Of a DNA stretch of 64,000 bases, positions 12,007 through 20,560 are shown piece by piece; positions within the stretch are counted from its first letter, which is position 1, and each line of letters opens with the position of its first letter. The notes beneath the pieces were generated by a model that worked only from the letters and a program-made list of their open reading frames with translations, was not told the origin of the DNA and ran no database searches. The stretch spans positions 768,001 through 832,000 of the forward strand of contig CAWDVW010000005.1 of NCBI GenBank assembly GCA_963805855.1, written 5' to 3'. The position numbers and the translations under genes are program-made. The stretch is from Candidatus Dadabacteria bacterium (GTDB lineage: Bacteria > Desulfobacterota_D > UBA1144 > Nemesobacterales > CSP1-2).

Positions 12007-13260
12007 ATGCGAGAAATTATTGCGGTTGAAAATTGTAAGTCTAATGCAAAAATAGAGAGTGCCTATTGCAAATCACTCACCCGCTGCGAAATTGTTAGGG
12101 TTCCCATGTCAGTTGTGACATTAACGATAACTCTTCTGATTCTCACTCTCGCCGGCGAATCCGCTTACGGTCAGTATCCAGGATTTTACTTGTATGATAG
12201 GGATACTTCCGAAACCACAGTCCGTGCAAAAGCAATAGAAACGGGAAATAGGGAATACACCCAAGATTATTTTAAACCTGAAGAACCAACGGGGGCTAAT
12301 CAATTACTCTTAATTCCCGATCCCCATGACTTATCAATTGGGCGTAGTCCAGGTATTTTACCCAGCGAAAGAATCCAGGTATCGCAAGGCTTATCGGATA
12401 AATTTGCTATTAACGACATGTATTCGACTGAAAGCCGCAGCGGAAACTCCGATACGAGTGTTTACGCTTCTAACGACGCCGAAGCCAATTCCAACACGCC
12501 AACGCCTAAATCAAAAGATTGGGAATTTATCTTGATACCCTATGGATGGTTTACCAGTATCAGCGAAGACATAGTAGTCAATGGCAGGGGTGCTTCCGCC
12601 CACGCGAGCTTTTTTGATTTGCTTAAGCATCTCGATATTGCAGGGATGTTTCACGGTGCAGTATGGTGGAAAGGTAAATTCGGAATCTACGCGGACACAT
12701 TGTTTTCAAAGCTGACCATAAACCAGGATGTCACTCTCACACGTTTTGGCTCCATAAATGCCAACGTGCAAACCACTATGTTCATCCAGGAATTTGGAGG
12801 GTTATACCGCGTAGGCACCTGGCCCGTGGGGAGTCCATACAATCAATTCGTCCAGAAATCGAAGCCGACTCTCACCTTTAATATACTTGCCGGAGGACGT
12901 TACTGGCATCTGAAAAACGAGATAGACATTAAAACCCCGTTTGGCATTCTACCTTCAGAAACAGATCAGAGTCAGAACTGGTTTGATTTTATCGTCGGCG
13001 GAGGGGCCAGGCTTGAATTCTATAAGAAACTATTTCTAGACGTTAGAACTGATATAGGAGGGTTTGATCTAAGTTTTTCATCTAAGTTTTCATGGAATAT
13101 ACTCGCGGTAGTTGGCTATGAATTACCCTGGTACCGCATAACGCCCTTGATCGGATACCGAGCACTATATGACAACTACGCCAATGGAAGCGGGAACTCT
13201 CGCTTTGACGCAAAAACCTGGATGTACGGACCAGTGCTCGGAGTTGCTTTCAAATTCTAA
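12007..13260 (+). CDS. Outer-membrane beta-barrel protein
   Basis: AGGAGG RBS; WEFILIPYGW, GGRYW, GYRAL strands; C-terminal GPVLGVAFKF; start codon uncertain. Confidence 0.75.
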   Translation: MREIIAVENCKSNAKIESAYCKSLTRCEIVRVPMSVVTLTITLLILTLAGESAYGQYPGFYLYDRDTSETTVRAKAIETGNREYTQDYFKPEEPTGANQLLLIPDPHDLSIGRSPGILPSERIQVSQGLSDKFAINDMYSTESRSGNSDTSVYASNDAEANSNTPTPKSKDWEFILIPYGWFTSISEDIVVNGRGASAHASFFDLLKHLDIAGMFHGAVWWKGKFGIYADTLFSKLTINQDVTLTRFGSINANVQTTMFIQEFGGLYRVGTWPVGSPYNQFVQKSKPTLTFNILAGGRYWHLKNEIDIKTPFGILPSETDQSQNWFDFIVGGGARLEFYKKLFLDVRTDIGGFDLSFSSKFSWNILAVVGYELPWYRITPLIGYRALYDNYANGSGNSRFDAKTWMYGPVLGVAFKF

Positions 13261-13335
13261 GCATCCGTTCTAAATGAAATTAATCATGGAACATACGTTG
13301 ACAGGTATCTTCCTCACTTTCACGTACTGCTAACC

Positions 13336-14103
13336 CTACTTTCCGAGTTGCTGGAGAGTTTCGCGCATGGGTTCACGCGGGATATGAATCAGTCCCTCAA
13401 ACGGTCGGTTCAGCTCAATGAGCAGGAAGAATGCACTCGAAACCCATACCGTTGAGACGAATAGGATAGCTATAACGGTCAAATTGGAAGGCGCAAAGAG
13501 GCCGAACCCGAAGAAGATAGTAGTAAACCAGAAAACTAGCAGTGCTAGCACAATCAGGAATGGCACAGGAATCAATCTAACCTGTTCTACAAACAGCAGC
13601 CAGCGCGTTTGTACGAGATCCAACGCAAGGCTCAGCGCCTGGTCCCTTAGCGCCCGTTGAGTTTCGTTCTTCGGTGAGAGTGCCTGGATTTTGACAATGA
13701 GAGCCTCAAGATTAGATGGCGTTGCCTCCAACTGAGCGGGTTTAGAAATCTCGTCTGGCCACATCTGACTGACCGCCCGGCCAACCGCGCTGCGGAGCAG
13801 ACCACGGACTTCCTTCGTATCCGGCCCGTAATGGGCCAGGACACGGTCAAGGAAAATGATGCGAGCGGACAATTTCATAATGTCACCCCGCTCTTCGCGG
13901 AATGAATCCTGTGCCGCAGCGATCAACAGTCCAAGGACAAGGGCAGCCATCACCGCCATGAGACCTACCACGATATTAAACACCAGCTCTTTCGATTCCT
14001 TACTCAGATGATGCTCAGGCAGAAATGTACGGAGAAACAAACCGAGCAAAGCGCCCCCAAAGATAAAGGCAAACACGATCAAACTGATTTCCAGACCAGA
14101 CAT
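13336..14103 (-). CDS. DUF4239 / bestrophin-like membrane protein
   Basis: ALVLGLLI, LDRVLAHYGP, LIELNRPFEGLI motifs; four hydrophobic segments. Confidence 0.8.
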   Translation of the reverse strand: MSGLEISLIVFAFIFGGALLGLFLRTFLPEHHLSKESKELVFNIVVGLMAVMAALVLGLLIAAAQDSFREERGDIMKLSARIIFLDRVLAHYGPDTKEVRGLLRSAVGRAVSQMWPDEISKPAQLEATPSNLEALIVKIQALSPKNETQRALRDQALSLALDLVQTRWLLFVEQVRLIPVPFLIVLALLVFWFTTIFFGFGLFAPSNLTVIAILFVSTVWVSSAFFLLIELNRPFEGLIHIPREPMRETLQQLGK

Positions 14104-14254
14104 GATGAGTCCCGGTGGCGAACAACGACCCGCGCACTAGCGGCATGCTGCTGAGTATCCGGTTACCTAAGCTGTGACGCCACCTTACTATTGATTTACC
14201 CGTATCTTATAGCACTAATTTCTCACAAGTTCAAGTGGGCGGAAACTCGCCGCG

Positions 14255-14294
14255 AAAACACCTCCGGAAGGTCATAACCTCCCGGAGGTGTTTT
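14255..14294. repeat. Palindromic repeat, copy 1
   Basis: AAAACACCTCCGG-aaggtcataacctc-CCGGAGGTGTTTT. Confidence 0.8.
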
Positions 14295-14366
14295 TAAATT
14301 GATGAGTCAATTCCGCCGCTTGACAATCCTAGCTAATTAGCATAAGCTGTCGGAAACTAAATTATT

Positions 14367-15654
14367 ATGTTCCATAAACAAAGCTGGCGAAGCGAATCAG
14401 TTACTCGCCTCTTCATACTTACCTATCTTTTTGTTTCTTTGGTTATTCTTCAGGGGTGTGCAACTACACAAGTCCGCAATCCTCTCCCCGCAAAGCTTGA
14501 GGACCAGGTCGAGGTAAGTGGATTTCCAAACGTGCGATCCGTGGGCTGATGCCCCTAGTAAGGCGTTGAACGAGAGCGCAGTTGAATCGATTCGCCAGGA
14601 GATAGCTGCTTTTGGAATGGACAACCTGAAGAAACCTACGGAATTCCTTGTCCTTTCAGGTGGTGGCGAGAATGGAGCATTCGGCGCCGGCGTGTTGTGT
14701 GGCTGGACTGCGGCAGGTAATCGGCCGAACTTCAAGCTCGTAACCGGTATCAGCACTGGATCTTTAATTGCTCCATTTGCCTTTTTGGGGCCAGAGTATG
14801 ACCCCCAACTTAAAACTGTATACACCACCATAACGGATAATGATATCTTTATAAAGAAGAGCACGTTAACTGCTTTCTGGAGACAATCCCTATATGATAC
14901 GAAACCATTGGCCGACTTAATTGCTAAAAACATCGATGAGAAGGTTCTCGCCGCTGTTGCTCGAGAACATAAAAAGGGAAGGAGGCTCCTTGTCGGTACG
15001 ACCCAATTGGACGCCCAACGCCTTGTGATCTGGGACATGGGAGCTATCGCGGCAAGCCAGAATCCAGGGGCCCTGGATTTGTTTCGAAAAGTTCTTCTTG
15101 CCTCCGCTTCTATGCCAGCTATATTCCCCCCGGTGTACATGACCGTGACCGCAGGCGGAATGCAATATGATGAGATGCATGTGGACGGTGGAACCACATC
15201 CGAACAGATTCTCTACGATAACGCGCTTACGCCAATGACTCAGCACAAGAAGGCACTTTCTTCAGATGTTAAGAACGAGAAGCTGATGTCAGCCCTGGAA
15301 CACAGGCCGCGAATAGTATATATAATTCGTAACGACCAGGTTAAGCCCGAATGGGCAAATGTCAAACCCAGACTCGGGAATATAGCAGGCAGGGCAATCT
15401 CAACACTTGTCAAGACACATGGCGACGGCGATTTATATCGTATTTACGTACTTGCCCTTCGGGACGGTATTGACTACAACCTTGCGTCCATCCCCATTGA
15501 TTTCAATGTTCCTAGTCAGGGCATGTTTGACCCGGAATTCATGCAGAAGCTTTTTAACCTAGGTTATGAGATGGCTCGAAATGGCTATCCATGGGAAAAA
15601 TATCCGCCGGGCTACGAGCCGGAGGCGGCTTCTTCGGCTTCTAATTCCCAGTAA
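14367..15654 (+). pseudogene. Patatin-like phospholipase lipoprotein with one frameshift
   Basis: Lipobox LQGC in 14367-14549 frame; SGGGENGAFGAG, GISTG and DGG motifs in 14518-15654 frame; extra base near 14541. Confidence 0.85.
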
Positions 15655-15707
15655 ATAACAGCTGCCACCCGGATTTCAGAATCGCTCGAAATATAGAACA
15701 CTAACCA

Positions 15708-15739
15708 TACCTCCGGAAGGTCATGACCTCCCGGAGGTA
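15708..15739. repeat. Palindromic repeat, copy 2
   Basis: TACCTCCGG-aaggtcatgacctc-CCGGAGGTA, near-identical to copy 1. Confidence 0.8.
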
Positions 15740-15747
15740 CTTTAATC

Positions 15748-18162
15748 ATGCGCAAAAAATCGAAAAGTCGGGATAAAAAGAGAATAGAGGGCGAGGGAAA
15801 GAATAGAAAAAACTTTACCACCTTATCATTAATATCCATCTTGGTGGTCGTTTTAATAAGTTTGCTTCTTGCTAAGAATCTATCAAAGCAGAAAACGGCA
15901 GAACAATATGCGACTAACAATGCATCGTCAATCGAAACCGAGGTCCCGGCAAAATTCGTGGGCAGTGAAGTTTGTGCTGAATGCCACCATGGACAGTATA
16001 ACCTCTGGAAGGGATCGGACCATGACCTTGCCATGCAGGCTGCGAGTGAGAAAACCGTCCTCGGTGACTTTAACGACGTAGAGTTTAACTATTTTGGTGT
16101 TACTTCAAAATTTTTTAAGAGAGACGGCAAGTTCATGGTTCACACCGATGGTACGGATGGGAAACTTCAAGAATACGAAATAAAGTACACCTTTGGACAC
16201 TACCCGCTTCAACAATATCTAATAGAATTCCCCGGGGGGCGGTTTCAGGCGCTTGGCATCGCCTGGGATAGCCGTCCTAAAAGCGAAGAAGGTCAGCGCT
16301 GGTTTCATCTATACCCGAACGAAAAAATCACACACGACGATACGCTCCACTGGACGGGCCCGGACCAGAACTGGAACTACATGTGTGCCGAGTGTCATTC
16401 GACAAATCTCAAAAAAGACTACGACCTGAAGTCTGACACCTACAATACAACCTGGTCTGAAATCAATGTGTCATGCGAAGCCTGTCATGGCCCGGGGTCT
16501 CGACATGTACATTGGGCAAATCAAATGAGTGAAAGTGAAAATAGGAACTTGGACAACAGTAAAGGCTTGACAGCTAGATTAGACGAGAGAGAAGGAGTTA
16601 AGTGGACTACAGACCCACAAAGCGGCATACCAAAAAGGAGTGGACCTGGTACCACAAATACAGAGATTCAGACGTGTGCCCCATGTCACTCGCGCCGGGG
16701 CGTAATCTGGAAAGATCACACCTTTGGGGAGCCATTCATGGATAAGTATTTGCCTAGCCTACTCGTTGAAGGTTTATACCATGCCGACGGACAAATCCAG
16801 GGCGAGGTTTATGAGTACGGATCTTTTCTCCAAAGCAGGATGTATCATGAAGGTGTTACCTGCAGTGACTGCCACGAGCCTCACAGTCTGAAGTTGAAAT
16901 CCGATGGAAATGGTGTCTGTACCCAATGCCATCTTGCTTCAAAGTACGACTCGGATTCGCACCATTCCCACAAGACCAGCTCTTCAGGAGCAAGTTGCGT
17001 CGACTGTCACATGCCACCAACAAATTACATGATTATAGACCCACGACATGATCACAGCTTTCGAATCCCCAGGCCTGATCTTTCTGTAACGCTTGGGACC
17101 CCAAATGCCTGCAACATGTGTCATAGTGAGCGCACTCCACAATGGGCGGATGAGAATATAAACAAATGGTATGCTAAAAGGTATAAGGTTTATCAAAACT
17201 ATGCCGAAGCCCTTGATGCCGGACGCACCGGTGCTCCATTAGCGGAAGAGTTACTCGCAGACCTTGCTCAGAATGCCACAGCGCCCAATATTGCACGCGC
17301 AACAGCCCTTAGTGAATTGCATCGCTACTTAAGCCCTGCATCAATCGAGGCCGTTCGGCATGGCCTGAGTAATGATGATCCGATGATTCGTACCTCAGCT
17401 TTGGATGCACTCGAGGCGATCGAGCCTGTCGCTCGGGTTAAACTTGCATTTAATTTACTGAAAGACCCTGTCCGGGCAGTTCGGCTGAACGCTATTACGG
17501 TACTAGCCTCTGTTCCTCCAGATCATCTTACACCCGAACAGAAGAGATTTTTTGACAAGGCCGTAGATGAATACGTCACGGCACAGCTCTCAAACGCAGA
17601 ACGGCCCGAATCTCATCTTAATATTGGCCTTCTTTATGTTCAGCTCGGACGGTTTACTGAAGCTGAGTCTGAATACCAAACGGCGATTAAACTTCAGCAT
17701 GCATTTGTTCCGGCTTACGTAAATCTTGCTGATCTCTATAGATTGCAAGGCAATGATGACCAAGGAGAGGACTTGCTGCGGAAAGCCATAAAACTCCCAC
17801 CTCAAAATGCCGATGTGTACCAAGCCCTTGGACTTTTGCTGGTTCGAGAGAAAAAAATTTCCGAAGCTGTTGAAGCTCTGGAGAAATCGGCAAGACTGAG
17901 TCCTGGTAATCCCCATTATAGCTACGTTTACGCCGTGGCTCTAAATTCCGCGGGCAGGAAAAAGGAGGCAATACAATTTCTCAAAGAATCGCATTATCGC
18001 CATCCAAACGATCGAGAGATACTATTTGCTCTTACGACTTTTAACCGGGATAGCGGGGATCTTCAAGCAGCTAGGGATTATGCTCAGAAGCTCGTCGAGC
18101 TTTCGCCAAATGACCCGTCATTTCAGACTCTGCTTGAGCAACTGCAAAATCAAGATAAATAA
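15748..18162 (+). CDS. Membrane-anchored multiheme cytochrome c (8 CxxCH) with HEAT and TPR repeats
   Basis: CAECH x2, CEACH, CAPCH, CSDCH, CTQCH, CVDCH, CNMCH; N-terminal TM; C-terminal TPRs. Confidence 0.9.
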   Translation: MRKKSKSRDKKRIEGEGKNRKNFTTLSLISILVVVLISLLLAKNLSKQKTAEQYATNNASSIETEVPAKFVGSEVCAECHHGQYNLWKGSDHDLAMQAASEKTVLGDFNDVEFNYFGVTSKFFKRDGKFMVHTDGTDGKLQEYEIKYTFGHYPLQQYLIEFPGGRFQALGIAWDSRPKSEEGQRWFHLYPNEKITHDDTLHWTGPDQNWNYMCAECHSTNLKKDYDLKSDTYNTTWSEINVSCEACHGPGSRHVHWANQMSESENRNLDNSKGLTARLDEREGVKWTTDPQSGIPKRSGPGTTNTEIQTCAPCHSRRGVIWKDHTFGEPFMDKYLPSLLVEGLYHADGQIQGEVYEYGSFLQSRMYHEGVTCSDCHEPHSLKLKSDGNGVCTQCHLASKYDSDSHHSHKTSSSGASCVDCHMPPTNYMIIDPRHDHSFRIPRPDLSVTLGTPNACNMCHSERTPQWADENINKWYAKRYKVYQNYAEALDAGRTGAPLAEELLADLAQNATAPNIARATALSELHRYLSPASIEAVRHGLSNDDPMIRTSALDALEAIEPVARVKLAFNLLKDPVRAVRLNAITVLASVPPDHLTPEQKRFFDKAVDEYVTAQLSNAERPESHLNIGLLYVQLGRFTEAESEYQTAIKLQHAFVPAYVNLADLYRLQGNDDQGEDLLRKAIKLPPQNADVYQALGLLLVREKKISEAVEALEKSARLSPGNPHYSYVYAVALNSAGRKKEAIQFLKESHYRHPNDREILFALTTFNRDSGDLQAARDYAQKLVELSPNDPSFQTLLEQLQNQDK

Positions 18163-18203
18163 TTCAAAGTAATAATCATATGTTATTTGGACACAGAGTT
18201 TAT

Positions 18204-19634
18204 TCAATTGCCCCTATAACCATTACTCCTGCAACAGTCCATAAGCTCCGTTAGCATTTTGCTTTGAAATGTCTTTACCCGCGGACCGACACCGTTAGAC
18301 AGAATTGAAAATGCTAGAACGTCACCGCTTCTCGTAAAAGCATAACCGGATAGAGCCCTTACATTATTTATGTAACCCGTTTTAGCTATTACCCTCCCTT
18401 CTAATCCTGAGCCTCTAAATCTTTTTTTCAAGGTACCATCCACGCCTGCTATTGGAAGGGATTTAACAAAGTCAGGGCCTATGAGCTTATTTGTATAGGC
18501 GTATTGCAGAACTTCGGTTATCGTCTGCGGAGAAACGCGGTTTAGGTTCGAGAGGCCTGACCCGTCAACGATTCTGAAGTAATTATCGACTCCAATGCCC
18601 ACGAGAAAATCCGAAATCACCTGGGCGCCCGTCTCCCATGAACCCGGTGACCCTTTAAAATGAGCACCCAGAGTTTTAATTAAATTTTCACCGATGACAT
18701 TAACACTCTCTTTAAGGTATTCGTTAACAATCATCGAAAGCGGAATGGAATTGTGTGTGTATATTGGGTTACTCCAATTGGGAACTATTCCTTTACTAAC
18801 CGCACCACTTACCTTTATACCGGAATCCTCAAGAGCCTTCTTGAATACGCCACCAGTGTAGAGTGTCGGGTCAATCACGGCTAGCTCTAAAGCCTGTGAA
18901 GACCTACGCGGCGAGATTCGTCCATTAAGAACTACCGCATTACTGCCATCGACCCAGTGTGCCGACAGTCCGCCCTTCTTGCTACTGGTCACTGCCTTGT
19001 TAAAAACTTGAATATATGATCCAGGGGGCTCGAGCCTTATGTATGGCGTACCTCCGGGCCTGGAAGGAGAAACGTGAATCTCGAACGTATTGTGATTTAA
19101 GGTTAACGCGCTAATAGGAGGGCTATAAACATCGCCCCTCCAATTCGACTTCCATCCTTTTCCAAATCGGGTCCTCTCAAAGTATGAATCATCTACTATA
19201 ATTCCTCCCCTAATTTCCCTAATCCCCATCATCTTGAGCTGATTGGCTATAAAAACGAGATTATCCTTTTCTAACGTTGGGTCTCCGTAACCCTTAATGT
19301 AGAGTCCTCCATAAAGTACCCCGGCAGAGACTTCACCGCCGGAATAGAACTCTGTTTTAAACCTGTAGTCTGGTTTCAGTAAAGATAGCGCCGCGACCGA
19401 TATCATTACCTTCTGATTCGAAGCGGGGATAAATAGCTTATCGGCATTAAACTCGAATATGCTTTCATTTGTTGTCAAGGATTTTACAACCACACCGAGC
19501 TTCCCGTTACTCCTTGCCTCCTTTGGAATTAACGTGAAAATCCTATTCGAGTACCCGAGATTCGCTGAAAAAGCGATATGGCTGACAACAAGAACCAGAA
19601 AAAGATATAGAGATGTGAAAAAGAATCTTCTCAT
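18204..19634 (-). CDS. dacB: D-alanyl-D-alanine carboxypeptidase/endopeptidase (PBP4)
   Basis: PASNQK (SxxK), SVN (SxN), KTG, GYGDP, DGSGLS. Confidence 0.95.
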   Translation of the reverse strand: MRRFFFTSLYLFLVLVVSHIAFSANLGYSNRIFTLIPKEARSNGKLGVVVKSLTTNESIFEFNADKLFIPASNQKVMISVAALSLLKPDYRFKTEFYSGGEVSAGVLYGGLYIKGYGDPTLEKDNLVFIANQLKMMGIREIRGGIIVDDSYFERTRFGKGWKSNWRGDVYSPPISALTLNHNTFEIHVSPSRPGGTPYIRLEPPGSYIQVFNKAVTSSKKGGLSAHWVDGSNAVVLNGRISPRRSSQALELAVIDPTLYTGGVFKKALEDSGIKVSGAVSKGIVPNWSNPIYTHNSIPLSMIVNEYLKESVNVIGENLIKTLGAHFKGSPGSWETGAQVISDFLVGIGVDNYFRIVDGSGLSNLNRVSPQTITEVLQYAYTNKLIGPDFVKSLPIAGVDGTLKKRFRGSGLEGRVIAKTGYINNVRALSGYAFTRSGDVLAFSILSNGVGPRVKTFQSKMLTELMDCCRSNGYRGN

Positions 19635-19789
19635 CAGAATTCTATATTATAAGTCTCCGCCCTATTACTTCAGACTAAAAACCATGAATAGACCTTTTCA
19701 TTTTATACCTGTTATTTTGAAATGTCTAGATATATTTTTAAGTTTTTGTCACAAGTTCCATGTCTGCGATCGCCAATAGCATCTTCTTG

Positions 19790-20390
19790 TTATCATCGCA
19801 ACAAAACCTTAGCGAGGTCGAAAGCGACGAAGTAATGTCGAAAATATTGAGGAGATCCCCACCCGGGAGCCTATACTTAGCCCCGGGTTTAATCCAAGCG
19901 CCAAACCGCTTATGACAGCAGCGCTTGCTGTCATTGCTGTAGAAGTTAGATAATTCGGGGACAGTCTTTTAGATTTTAAATGGGCATTCACAAAATTGCC
20001 AAAAGCAATTCCGAAAGCGTTAAAAAAAGTGACAATCATTAACGTCATCTCGAAGGAACAGAGTGACTGAGAGAACTAATCAACAATAGAAATAGATATC
20101 TCGCACTTGCTCGATACGCAAGCGTTTTTTGTCAGCCCTTGATTTTTGTTTCTTTGTATCAAGACAAAGAAAATAAAATTTCAAATGATGGATCCCCGCT
20201 TAAGCCTGTCGTTGTGTGCGTCTAACGGGAAATCCGCGGGAATGGTCGGGTGGCACGTCAATATGGATGACCAATCCGCCAGCAAGCCTGCCCTTAGATT
20301 GTCGAAGGTACTGGCCAGGGTCCCTAATTGTAGCGAAAACCTCCCTTCGACCCTTCGTCGCGCTCAGGGCTCGGGACAGGCTAGGATTCC
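19790..20390. repeat. Mosaic of REP-like palindromic elements between dacB and polA
   Basis: GATCCCCGC...GCGGGAATG, GCCTGCCCT..TGTCGAAGG / CCCTTCGAC..CTCAGGG and GTCATCTCGA..AGATATCTCG motifs. Confidence 0.5.
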
Positions 20391-20560
20391 ATTCGTTATG
20401 TTTTATCCGTGCGGGGTTGGAAAACCCAGCCTATCGTTATTGATGAGGGTATTTATCGTGGATAGTAGGGTCACTCTTCTCCCGATAGATTTCCATTTAA
20501 TCGATTATATGGAGGACTTTCAGATTCTGTCCTGAAAATATCTGGCTATTAAAATGATGA

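Noticed and set aside
20190-20390. Structured GC-rich stretch considered as 6S, SRP, group II intron or riboswitch
   Set aside because: No diagnostic motifs; better explained as nested REP-like palindromes related to those at about 600 and 11850; the 20146-20535 ORF is likewise unsupported
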